Positions 26,160-37,754 are shown, numbered from the whole stretch's first letter. The stretch: 63,429 nt of DNA, filler included, from Folioceros fuciformis (GCA_049999805.1; 4 parts of 4 records of this genome joined end to end with filler, not necessarily neighbours in it), one strand, 5' to 3'. Notes: generated by a model from the sequence alone, not told the origin. Numbers and translations: made by a program.

Positions 26160-28824
26160 TGTCAGAGTTCTTGGAAGAACATGGTTAATTAATTTTCAGG
26201 AAATTGCAACAAGGGTTTTTAAGGTGTTTTCCTGAAACGTCGTAACTATTCCTTAAGTGGCTATTCGCTTAATTATGACATAAACGAAACGCTATCCCTA
26301 ACGGGGTTTAATTTCCAACACGCCCCCGTAAGCGAATCGGCCAGGTTAGCGACGGAAACGCAAGAGCAGAATGGGAGAAACACTCCTCGTCATTCTGAAC
26401 CTGTGCGTCCTGGCAATCGCAATATACATCCTTCACCAGCAACAGGGAAAGAATGCGCAGCCTGGCACGACACAACCACAGCACGAGCGACGCAAAGCAC
26501 AGCATAATGTGGAGAAGACGTGCACGATGGAGCAGAGATGGACAGCAGCGGGATGGAAAATCCAGCTGATGTGCATGCTGTCACTGAAGCGTAAAATAAG
26601 AATTGCAGGGGCTGAGAAAACGGTGGAAGAGCTCCAACTGAAGCATCAGCTGAAGCAAGCAGCAGGATGTCCGCTGCCGAAGACTCCAAGACGTGCAGCA
26701 GAACACCGAGGACTGCAGGAAGATGGCGATTCAATCTGAAGGAGAGCTTCATCCGCCAAAGTCTGCAGTCGCACAGCTGTCCAAGGATCACTTAGCTCGC
26801 GAGAGAGAAATCTGTGACTCCCAGAGTAGCCATATGTCGCGCATGTAGAGAGGAAGGCAGAAATTTTGTGAGAAGATCAGCAGGATTCTCCTCTGTAGGG
26901 ATATACTCAATTTGTACTTCCTTTTCTTGCATAGAGTGGCGAATAAAATGGTGATGCACCTCGATGTGCTTAGTTCTCGCGTGAAGCAATCGTGGACATA
27001 TTGTCACACGAGATCACAGTGGGTTGAGATGGCAGAAACCCTAAACCACTAAGGAAACTGCGTTCCCAAATGGCCTCCTTGGCTGCTTCGGTCAAGGATT
27101 TGTATTCCGCTTCCGTCGAGGAGAGGGCAACACTAGCTTGTTTCTTTGCAGCCCAGTGCACAGCAGAATCGGAGAGAAGAAAACAGTATGCGGAGATGCT
27201 TCGACGAGCATCAGGGTCGGTGGCCCAATCAGCATCGGCAAAATCACACAGAGCCTGATCCCGAGATCGCCCCCGGAAGCAGAGCCCATACTGTTGAGTG
27301 CCTTTCAGGTAACGCAAAATCCGTTTAACGGCACCCCAGTGCTCCTTTCCAGGATTGTCCATAAATTGAGAAACGACACTAACCGAGTACTGGATGTCCG
27401 GGCGAGTCCAGCAGCTGATGTAATTGAGACAACCAACTGCATGGCGATAGGGCACTGGAGACATAGCTTGCCGATCTGCATCAGTCTGAGGGCACTGATT
27501 GCGAGAGAGCTTAGCACCAACTGGGCCAGGAGTAGAAACAGGCTTCGAAGAATCAAGATGAAATCGTCGAAGAGTCTCTGCAATATACTTAGCCTGATGG
27601 AGAAAAATGGTACGAGAGGCTGGCTCACGAACCAACTGTACCCCCAAAACGAAAGTAAGTGGACCGATGTCTTTCATGTCATATTTGCTGTGCAGCATCT
27701 GCTTTACCCAAGCTAAAAGTTCAGGTTTGTTTGAAGCCAGAATGGCATCATCGACGTACAACGCCAAAATCACCAGTTTACCATTCTGGGAGTACAAGTA
27801 GACATTAGCATCACCAGGATTTTGTATAAAGCCGATGGACTTAAGGTATTTGTCGATGGCCTTATACCACTCCCGTGCTGACTGCTTTAAACAGTAGATG
27901 GTCTTCTTTAGTCGACAGACCCAATCTGGGTGTTCAGGATCCGCAAAGCCCTCGGGCTGCTGCATGTAAATATCCTTTTCTAACTCGCCATACAGGAATG
28001 CTGTACAGACGTCCATTTGTTGAAGATCCCATTCATAGGCAGCAGCAAGAGCAATGATCATGCGTATAGATTGGGTTTTCACAACCGGACTAAAGGTTTC
28101 AGTGAAATCCACACCAGGAACTTGAGTAAACCCACGAGCAACAAGGCGAGACTTGTATCTGGAAATCTGGCCTTCAGCGTTAAGTTTGTGTTTAAATACC
28201 CACTTGCAGCTAATAACTTTTCTGCCTGCGGGAAGAGGACAGAGCTCCCAAGTGGAATTCTTGATGAGTGAATTATATTCATCTTGAATGGACGGCTGCC
28301 AGTGATGTTTATCAGGTCCTGTAATGGCCTCGGTATATGTGCGAGGTTCGAGCTTAGAAAAGGGTTGCTCAGCAGAATCCAGCAAAGCAACGCCAGCTCT
28401 TGAACGACGAAAATCAATTGAGGCATATGGTGGCTCCACCCACTCTGAAGGAGGTGGACGAGACCGACGAGGATATCTTGATTCAGTGGCATCCATGGAT
28501 GGTGGAATTACCACAGGAATTGTAGCATGGGAAGGCTCCTCAGACGGTATAGCAGGTGAAGCATCTGGAGGAACATTTGAATGGGCATCAGATGTGAAGG
28601 AGGAGGTAGGTATACCCGTCGCGGCTTGATCCTGCTCAGATGCATGTGGCTGATCTAAAACATCAGCCATACCAACTTGGGGACCAGCAATTTCCCTTTC
28701 TAATTGTGGTAAGTAAGAGGAGTCCTGTTCTTCAGACAAAACTGCAGATGTATCTGGCCCCAAGGAACCAGGTACAAAAGTAGCAGGGGAATCATCTGAA
28801 GGATACTCTGAAACATCTTCATCC
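26160..28824 (-). mobile_element. Ty1/copia 3' half (element C, innermost layer): RT-RNase H, 3' extra region, PPT and 3' LTR 26160-26320; runs into a gap
   Basis: 597-aa ORF with CKWVFKHK, RYKSRLVARGFTQ, QMDVCTAFLYG, LYVDD, DADWA and SSTEAEY; a small frameshifting deletion near 26985; PPT gggggcg then tgttggaa...ctgaca. Confidence 0.92.
26371..26739 (+). CDS. Putative antisense accessory ORF of copia element C (122 aa, N-terminal hydrophobic anchor)
   Basis: Intact ATG-initiated ORF MGETLLVILNLCVLAIAIYILHQQ... filling most of the space between the 3' LTR/PPT and the pol stop (26792), antisense to pol. Confidence 0.5.
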   Translation: MGETLLVILNLCVLAIAIYILHQQQGKNAQPGTTQPQHERRKAQHNVEKTCTMEQRWTAAGWKIQLMCMLSLKRKIRIAGAEKTVEELQLKHQLKQAAGCPLPKTPRRAAEHRGLQEDGDSI

Positions 28825-29706
28825 NNNNNNNNNNNNNNNNNNNNNNNNNNNNNNNNNNNNNNNNNNNNTTAATTAATTAANNNNNNNNNNNNNNNNNNNN
28901 NNNNNNNNNNNNNNNNNNNNNNNNGCGGGGGAGGTCCAGAGAGAGAGGCGTGCTTCTTCTCCGTCTGGCTGGCAGGCGCCAGGGCTCCGGGGGAGATTCC
29001 GACACCCGGCCACCCTGGTCCCTTGGTAAGAATACCCTCCAGGCGGGGGCGGGCGGCCCTGTCTCGTCTGAACGGAACCGGGGACGGGATCGGGACTTGT
29101 TCACTTCTCCATGTACCGAAACCATGCGACCAACACCTGGAAACGCCACGGAGTCCAAGAACAAATTGTGAAAATGTTTCCGCCGTAGCTCTCGCGTGTG
29201 CTTGTTCTTTTCTGGTGCTAGAACATGCGTTAAACTACAGGTCTGAACTACAGTCCTACAAAGCCAAGTAGTGCGGGAAGTTACATCTTCTAGCCATACA
29301 CCTGTCGTCAAAATGAAAGTTCAACAGCTAGGGAGTCGGGGCCACGCACTCCCCGTCTCACATGTGGCCCAATTTGTTGTGACTACTCTTGTTGTTGTGG
29401 TTCCTTTTCCTTCCCTTTCCAAGGCAAGGAGAGAAGAAGAAGGAGAAGGCTACTAGAGCTACTTTGAGCACTTGTTCCGAAGATCAGGCCTTCCCTTTCC
29501 ACACCCATCTAAGTGCCCATTTGAGCAGAGGCTGTTCAATCCTAGAATTCTTACAAACATATGTGGCTTTGGCCTGAAGTATTCGGAGTTTGGTCCATCC
29601 CCTTTGGTCTCACCACACCACACTTCTGCAATGTGCCTCTTCCTTTGATGCAAGGCGCATTGATATGCAAACAAACGATGGCCCTCGTCAACTTCAAGTA
29701 CACAAC

Positions 29707-29773
29707 CTAGGTAGGCAGGTAGGTAGGTAGGTTGGTAGGTAGGTTGGTAGGCTGGTAGGCTGGTAGGTAGGTG
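29707..29773. repeat. (TAGG)n-type degenerate microsatellite
   Basis: taggtaggcaggtaggtaggtaggttggtagg... Related ACAT/TAGG tracts lie at 30235-30304. Confidence 0.85.
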
Positions 29774-30303
29774 GGTATAGTATAATAGAGAATCGTAATC
29801 GTACGGTGATCTTTCTTTCTCCTTGGCAAGGAGGCAAGCGAGTGGCGGCCCGGGAGACCCAATTGATGGAGCGAGGGGTTGATTCGGACAGCCTTCTCCT
29901 CGCTTTCTGTCGTGTTTTCAATTTGTCGGTCAATAGTCGCATCCGTGTAGGGGACGCACTTAGTCTATACGTCACAGCCCTGCCACCTGCATCCCATTGA
30001 CGAAGCTTCCTGGACACCAGCACCGGTCTCCCCGCTTGAATCTCACGATGGAGAAAACGAGGCACAAAGAAGACGGAAAAATCCCCTATACAGCGACAGG
30101 CAAATGGCAAAATCCACAGACATGTATGTATGTACGTATGTACACAGACTTGACACCCACAGCGACATGCATGCTTGCATCACATACATACATAGCATGC
30201 ATACCATGGCGTGGGAAGGAAGATGTGAGCGTGCGTACGTACATACATACATACATAGATACGTACACACAAGGTAGGTGAGGTAGGTAAGTAGGGAGGT
30301 AGG

Positions 30304-31576
30304 TCATGTTGCTTTGGCCACAGTGGAAGGATGCTGCATGAGCTTCTTGAGGACGACGCTCCGCGCTCGGTGTGTGCTCTGCTCGCACGTGCTGACGTGG
30401 TCCGCAAGGCTCTCCAGCTCCGCGATGAACCTGTCCTGCTTGTGCTTGATCTGGCCCACAGCGGTGACCAGGGCGAAGGGCTCCTCCCGCTCCTGCGCGA
30501 ACCGGACGTTGCGGGCCATGGAGTTGATCTCGTTCTGGAGTTGGTTCACCAGAGCCTTGATGTTGTCTAGGTCACGGATGGCGATGTAGGTGCCCCAGTC
30601 CGCCGAGTCCACCACGCTGCGGCTGGCGGCCAGTTCGTCCTCGTACTTGGTCCACAGGGACTTGAACCAGCGGCCCATGGACTCCATGGGGAGGGCGGAC
30701 AAGGTGGAAATCCCTGCGACGATGGTTGGGGAGACCAGCACCGCGGCCACCACGGCGCAGATGAGCACCGCCGCGCAGGTGGCGGCCAGGATGATGGTGG
30801 AAACCTTCATCCATCCGCGCACGTGCTTCAGCTTCTTGTCCAGCTTCTTCTTCTTGCGTTGGAGCTTGGTCTGCATCGCCTGATGCTGCGTGTAAACCGC
30901 TTGAAACTGCTGGTAGAATTCTTCGGAAAACGGGTTGGCAGCCTGCACCAGGGGTCATTGGCAAATCAAGGCAAAGCATGGCAAAGCGAAGCAGCTCAGT
31001 GACTTTGACTAGTCAAGTCTGAATCACACGGCAAACAAAAAAGATACCATTCCATGCATGTAATTCAATTCAATGTCATCGGAACCATGGAATCAGCACC
31101 TCCATGAAGTTGGTGAGCTCCTTCAGCACACGGTGGCATTGCTCCTCGGTAGGATCACCGGATTCCGGCATCAAGTTGATGGCCACCTCAATAATCATCT
31201 GGTTGTCGCGGGCCTGCTTAATGCACTTGTCCAAAACGTGGCAGAAGTCCAGCACAGCCAGACTGCTGTCGAAGTACTCTGTCACCAGCTTCAGCAGGTG
31301 CTTGTCCGCCCATACGTCCTCCTTGTACTCCAGGATAACCTTCATAACCTCCTGATCCACCTCCAGAAGTGTGCTGGTCACATCCTTCAATGACTCGAAA
31401 GTCAATCCTGTGGAATCCGCTCCTCTCGCCACCGAGTTGATGGCTTTCCCTGTCCTATTCTTGAGCTCTTCATCGAAGTTCTTGACATCAGGATCGTCGC
31501 GGCACAGCTCTTCGAACTCTGACAGATCAAGAGGGAGCACATCGCTGCTCCTCGATTTGCTGAACGTTTTCCCCAT
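30304..31576 (-). CDS. DUF677/UPF0496 (At14a-like) protein, 371 aa, 2 exons (31576-31100, 30942-30304)
   Basis: MGKTFSKS (N-myristoylation-type start), ELCRDDPDVKNFD, LVTEYFDSSLAVLDFC, NPFSEEFYQQF, hydrophobic hairpin VSTIILAATCAAVLICAVVAAVLV, GTYIAIRDLDNIKALV, RARSVVLKKL. Phase-0 GT-AG intron. Confidence 0.92.
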
Positions 31577-32412
31577 GATCCTTTCCACACTGGACGTACC
31601 AAATAACGCCTGACAGTGTAGTGTGCCACTTGGTGAAAAGCAGGAGCGAATCGGATACCAAACTCACTCCGTCACAAGAGATACATCTCATTCACCGCAA
31701 CTCTGCAACACATGTCAAGCACTAATCCTGGCGTTCCAAGCTTCACTAGTACTACCATGAGCGGCCTCGCCAACCTTACCATGTACTGCGCTTGTACATG
31801 TCCCCCACATTGTGTTTCATATTCAAATTCCACTGGCCACACACATTATGCAAAGACCGCGATCTTCTTGGGGAAACGCTCTGCAACTTCCGATTCAGTC
31901 GGACATGGATGCTGATCAGGAGGCTAAGATCTCACTTCCCATATGCTCTCCCAGCCTGCACAGCCTTTCCTGTACTTGAAGACTTGGTGGATTTGCAATT
32001 ACGGCCATGATGTCCTACATGCAGGCAAGTAAAGCAGACTGTATTGCATCACATCAAATATTCCACATTCCAGAGCTCAAACTCCTGCTACCTACATGCA
32101 GTCACAGGCACTTAGCCTAGCCCCTGCTTCTCCTTCCGCTGCTACATGCTTCCAAGGCCCTGGCGTCCTCGTCCCCGTCCCCATCCAGCCCTCTGCTGAC
32201 CTCACGCGTCGGGGTGGATTTCTCTTATCAACAGCTACGATGCTGTCAGTCCAATGTCCTGCAGCCGCACACTAACTAGTTCAACGTTCGACGACTGAAT
32301 TCGCAGCTAGGAAGTGGATTGAAATGCGGGTGGGGACTGTACTGAATTCCATCGGATGGATCAACCTGATCATGCAAACCAGCCATAGCCGGTGGGAAGC
32401 TACTGGGAACAA

Positions 32413-32466
32413 AGTCACGGTGTTGGAGCCTCTTTGCAGAGTCACGGTGTTGGAGCCTCTTTGCAG
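32413..32466. repeat. 27-bp tandem duplication
   Basis: agtcacggtgttggagcctctttgcag occurs twice. Confidence 0.9.
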
Positions 32467-32723
32467 GAGCGAAGTCGCAGCTTCATTGGGAAGGGGAAGG
32501 AAGGGCGCTGGGTGCGCTAGTACCAGCGTTTTAACACGCTGGTATCCCCCTGTGCCTATGACTGCACCCAATATAGGCGGTGGGTGGTCGTGACCGGTCC
32601 ATCCCGTCGCCCACTTGCCACGATCCTCATTTTGTTACTCATTTCCAGCAATGATTGTGCGACACATTGTACTTGAGTGACCGGCTACTCCAAAATCAAC
32701 CCTGGTACCAGATGCACTTCAAT

Positions 32724-32815
32724 ACAGGCTTGGCTCATGAGATTTAGGATGGTCGCCTTAGGCGCCATTACCGGAACCCCCGAAAGAGTCTCGGGTTCGA
32801 ATCCTGGATCCTGCT
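32724..32815 (+). other. tRNA-like/Pol III B-box-containing sequence (degenerate tRNA or SINE head)
   Basis: T-arm-like tcggg-ttcgaat-cctgg, hairpin atggtcgcc-tta-ggcgccat and partial acceptor pairing. D-arm and A-box are poor. Confidence 0.3.
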
Positions 32816-33378
32816 TAAAGTCAAAGGATATTCTAATTCGATTCTGTGTCGGGGCTGTCAACAAGGTTTTATGATCTATCTGTTAGAGATAACTTTAATA
32901 TTATTCTAAGTGTGGCCTCTAAACCCTAAACCCTAAAATATATATTTATATTTATATTTTAAAACTTGTTATCTAATTTTTTACTAATTGTTTCAAGCCA
33001 ACTATCTAATAATAGAATCACAAAACGAGGAGATAAGTTCATATTAAGTAAACATGGAGCTGTCGTAAAAGGATTAATTAAAATTATGTATCGGGACTCG
33101 GTCCCAACACCGCCTTGCAAATCCTGCAAACGACAATGTGGAAGGAAGGAAAGGAAGGAAGGCATACACTCCGAGGATGTTCCACCAACCGATTCTGTTC
33201 CCTGGCACAGCAGGATGCCAGTGGGCCCAAGAATGTAGCGTCGGCAAGCACCCTTCCGCAACTTGGCTGCCTGTAGATTATAACCAAGGAGAAGGTGCGT
33301 GGAACGACGTTTCCTCGGAAGGGTAAAAATGTACACTCGCTCGGGAATGGCAAGCCCAGAAAGAAGACAACCCGGGTT

Positions 33379-33637
33379 GTTCCAGGACTGCCAGCTCTGG
33401 AGCTTGGAGCCTGAGGTGATGATTTATCGGCTAGAGTGCTGGTGGCCCATGGTAATTCAGTCCATGAGCTTCCAGGAGGAGGCACTGTGTTAGTGTAGGC
33501 CTGCAGGACAGCCCCGGATACGGAGATACGGGTGCAGGAAATCGAACAGTGTTCGATCAAACAGCATCCTGTCGACTACGGTAGCAAGTCTGCAGGGGCG
33601 TGTTGGAGGCGTTGAAGAACATCTTCTCCGTGCCAAG
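33379..33637 (+). pseudogene. Degenerate duplicate of the 5' end of the DUF677 gene at 34332
   Basis: Colinear nucleotide similarity to 34259-34533 (tccaggact.ccagctctgg, ttcagtccatga, gatcaaaca, agcaagtctg, ttggaggc, atcttctccgtgcc), with indels and stops. Confidence 0.85.
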
Positions 33638-34331
33638 TGCTGCCCGAGGAAAGCACTATTCACTGATCCTCGAGTGGACGAATACGGATGGATGTCCTTC
33701 GCACGCACACGATTGCTGCCTACAGACGCAACAATGGAGCTGTTTGTACGCCACTTTCCTCATAGTACCTTCTCCTTGTCCAAAGTTTTTACACGCACTG
33801 AGGTTACGGAGTCTTATCCCGCCTCTGCTAAACGATGGCACAGACAGCAATGTCCAAGGAAATCGCACACCCCGAGGTTTGTTTCACCAAACGACTGCAG
33901 ATTTTTCGTGGCCGTGCGGCCTGAGCCCCATCTCACTGGTACTGGGTGGACGTCAGTGGGCCCTTTCACTGGGCATGATCTAGAGAAAGCACCCCTACGC
34001 AACTCGGCTGCCTACAGATTAATTTAGGGCCATGGCTTACCACAGGGAGCTGAGGGAGCTGCTTTCTTTCGGGCTCCGCCCGCACGAAGAGGAAGGTGGT
34101 TGGAAAGAGGCAAGATTGAAAGGGTGAGAACATGTACACTCGGGGGGCTCCCAAGCACAAAGACAACCAGCAAACCAACTGTCTACCATTTGTAGTGTAG
34201 GCTCGAGACTTTCCATGACAATGCTCTGGGGCGGAAGTGGCATGGCCCTTGTGCCCGTGTTCCAGGACTACCAGCTCTGGAACTTCGAGGTCACAATCCC
34301 TCGTTTAGAGTGCTGCTGCCTCTGATTGCCC

Positions 34332-35991
34332 ATGGCTGCTGCTAGAGCTAGTGGACTCGCGCGGTTTCAGTCCATGAACTTGCAAGAGGAGTACAAGAAG
34401 GCCTGCCGGACCAGCTCCTACGTCGAACTGTGGATGAAGGCTCGGTGCCAGATCAAACAACAGCCTCTCGACTCTGGCAGCAAGTCTGTGGGAGACGCGT
34501 TGGAGGCCCTGAGCAATATCTTCTCCGTGCCCAACAAAAAGCACTTGGTCAAGTTCCTGTCGCTTAAAGACGATTCCACAAGGGGCGACTGCGCCAGCAG
34601 CAGGACCGCGGACTCCGACAAGATCGATATCATCGCTGCTAACCTCTTGGACCCTGATCAGGTGAGGCAGAGTCGGACGTATCTGGTCCAGGTCTGGATC
34701 TGTGTTAGGGCAAAGAGTGAGTTTTTGTGACGCATTTCCCAGCCTGTTGGAATTTGTCGCAGGCAGAAGTAGATGCGGTGCTGAGAGACATGGACAACCT
34801 GTGGACCACCTCGGCCTCCTTCTTCAAGCTGGTTCTGGACTACTTTGACAACAGCCTGAAAGCATCAGATCTGTGTGGCGAGCTTCTCAAAAGTGTGGCG
34901 CAAGCCCGAGAAAACAACAGGATTGTGGAAAGTGCCATGAGCATCATTCACTTCGAGAGCACCTTAGATCCCGCCGATCGCGACACCTCGCAGGCGGCTG
35001 ACACTAGAAATTCCGATACCGACGACTCCATCTTCTTATCCGAGGACTCCAGCACCAGCCGCTCTTCCCGCAGCAGCAGCTCATCCAAAGCTGCTGATGG
35101 TGACCACCCGACTGATGTAGACGACGAGATTTCCTTCGCTGTCGGCTCCCACAGCCGTCACAAACGCAGTTACTTGCTCAGATCCGTCCACCAGGAGCTT
35201 CACTACTACGTCGAAGCAGAGAACCCCTTCTCCGACATGGAACAGTTCCAACCAGTGTTAGGAGGATTCGCTGACATGCAATGTCGTCTCGACAGGAAGA
35301 AGAGGAAACTGGCTACGAGGATGCGCATTTGCAAAGGAATGGTAAACATCTGTTCTGTTTTGCTGGTTCCTACATGTGAAGCAGTAGGGGTGTTCAGGCC
35401 AACATAGTAGGATGAAAAGGGCCGGACTGACTTCGTTGGGTCTCCCATCAAGACCTGTCTACAGAAATGCCTCTATAACAGCAACATGCAAGCGATTACG
35501 GTTCAGGTATGGCATGATCCCTGATATCAATGGAGGAACGTCTTCGTGTGGACCCGTTTCCATGTTCACCCATCCTGACAAAACGTCCACGGCAGCTTGA
35601 CGCAGCATCCAAAGGCACATACGTGGTGACCCAAGACCTCGACACCATCAAAAGGCTCGTCGCCCGACTCCGAAACGAAGTCGAACATACCAAAGGTAGC
35701 ATAAGGTTTTGGAATCGCCAGCGTGATGACCAGAATCCCGTTAATGTACGAGCCTCTTCAACCTTGAGATTAAGCTAGATATACTACCATCTGTATCCGG
35801 TACCTGCTTGGTCGTTGACCCAGTACGCGTGTGCTCGCTTGCAGGTCATGGTCGGCCATCTGACGAAGAACCAAGCCATCTGCTCCCAGCAACTGGATGA
35901 TCTTGAACAGCACATTTACCTATGCTTCATGACTGTCAACAAAGCTCGCACCCTCATGGTTCAGAAAATTCTTTCGAAGGTAGCGCCATAG
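34332..35991 (+). CDS. DUF677/UPF0496 protein (At3g19330-type), ~415 aa, 5 exons (34332-34661, 34763-35341, 35465-35506, 35596-35745, 35845-35991)
   Basis: [99 protein letters not shown]. All junctions GT-AG, phase 0. The 42-nt third exon is inferred. Confidence 0.85.
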
Positions 35992-36167
35992 CCTTGCGTT
36001 TCACCATGCCAACAGTACGACACCATGTTTACGTCCAACTGTAGAATCTGTACTGTTTAAACTTACAAAATTGAATACATGCTGACCAAAGCAGACTTGA
36101 ACCGATCCTTTCAGTATGCTGAATGAATGCGTTGCTCCCTCCAAACCAAAGCACCTTTTCTCATACA

Positions 36168-37736
36168 TCAAGACATTTGTACACTTGTTTTTGGTTTTTC
36201 CAACCAGCTTGGCCGCCTTGCTCCGTAGAAATAGTGGGCGGCAATCTGACAGAGCTGATCTGAAGCCATGAACCCTGATTACGGCACACCAGACGTTTGG
36301 CAGTCATTAAGAGTTGTCAAATCCAGATGCTGCGCAAATTTTGTCGGTCGCTTGAACCATGAGGGAAAGGAACAAACCAGCAAAAACTTGTATTGCGCAA
36401 CACGTTGCTCACCTTCAATGTGGTGAACTATCTTTCCCGACTTGATCAGTAAAACAACTGGGGTCTTTTCTATCTTCATTGCCCCAACCAGATCCACCTC
36501 GGTCGCAGCATCCAATTTAACAGCCTGAAATGCCCAACACGGTTCATTATCTAGGTGGAGCACATCAGAAACCATGCACTGAGAAATGGAACCTTGTTCC
36601 CCACGTACCCGAACTGGTACTCGTGTCCAAATAGTATCCACCGTCTTCTCCACCTCCTTCAACATTTGCCATCCCACACGACCTCTGGAGAACAGCAGGA
36701 CAAGTCACGACGTTAGTGCTCACACCATAAGTGCTCGACACTCGAAACAGCTTCACAGACAAATGACAAGGGGACTGTACCCTGTCCCATATCGTTCATA
36801 CACATAAACCACCACAGGACTCATGTTATCGAACACAGTGGGTTCCCATTCGGCAGCTGTTATGTCTCTGACGAATCCTTTCTCATAATCCTCGTCCCAA
36901 TTCAGGTCAAGCTCGTCATCACTGTCACTATCGTCTTCCCCGCCCTCTGTCCTATCCCTGGTTACCTTCACTTTTTTCTCGTCAAAGAACTCCGACACTC
37001 TGAATCCCCAGCCAGTCTCCCCCTCAGCAGGCCACGTAGGGTCGTCTTCATCCACAATGAGAGGATAGTCGTCGTCTTCGTCCTCGTCATAGTCGGGATC
37101 ACTGGCACGTAACCTTTCCAGCTCCTTCTCAATCCTTGCGTGCAGTGCTTCATATTGCGCACGGTTAGACGAGTTGTAACGTGCATGCCTTGTCTGGCCT
37201 CCCCCAGTGGAAGCATTCCCCACGTCTTCTTCATCATCCGCTCCAGTTGAGGGCTCATTCAATATGGGCAGGCCTCCAGCACTGGCCCCTGCCACAGCAG
37301 AGGAAGCACCAACATCTTCTACCTTCTGGTTCTGGGCAGCCTCTGAGCTGGACGTTGACGAGTCCTGTGCAGTATCAGACTCCAGTTCACGAGATGCATC
37401 CTTCGCTTGCTCCTCAGGAACTTTAACCTTCCTGGGCCGTCCTCTCCCTCTTTTCTTCTCAACATTTGGTGCAATCTCTTGACCTGCGGTGGAACATCTT
37501 ATGCCTGTTGCCACCCTCGCAGCCGTCCAGTTACCGGTCAATGGGAATGGACGATCAATCCCAGCCCCTGCAAAACAGAACCAACTCAGAACAGCAACCC
37601 TCAAAGGGAATATGAAAAGGAGCTACGAGAGGCAAACCATACAACGGATTGCCGAATGTCCATCCTCCACTGCATCCAATGACGATGACCTTCGAGCAGA
37701 CGCCACCGCTCCAAACCATCGGACCGCCGCTGCCAT
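36168..37736 (-). CDS. MRL7: MRL7/RCB-NCP family thioredoxin-like-fold plastid protein (no CxxC), about 5 exons
   Basis: Transit-peptide-like start MAAAVRWFGAVASARRSSS, acidic tracts, ETGWGF, VRDITAAEWEPTVFDNMSPVVV, EVEKTVDTIW, AVKLDAATEVDLVGAMKI, IKSGKIV, QIAAHYFYGARRP. Confidence 0.85.
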
Positions 37737-37754
37737 GAACTCCTCGAAAATGAG

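Noticed and set aside
28825-28924. ttaattaattaa inside N runs (also ~52982 and ~58378)
   Set aside because: Artificial all-frame-stop scaffold linker; it also means adjacency across these gaps is less certain.
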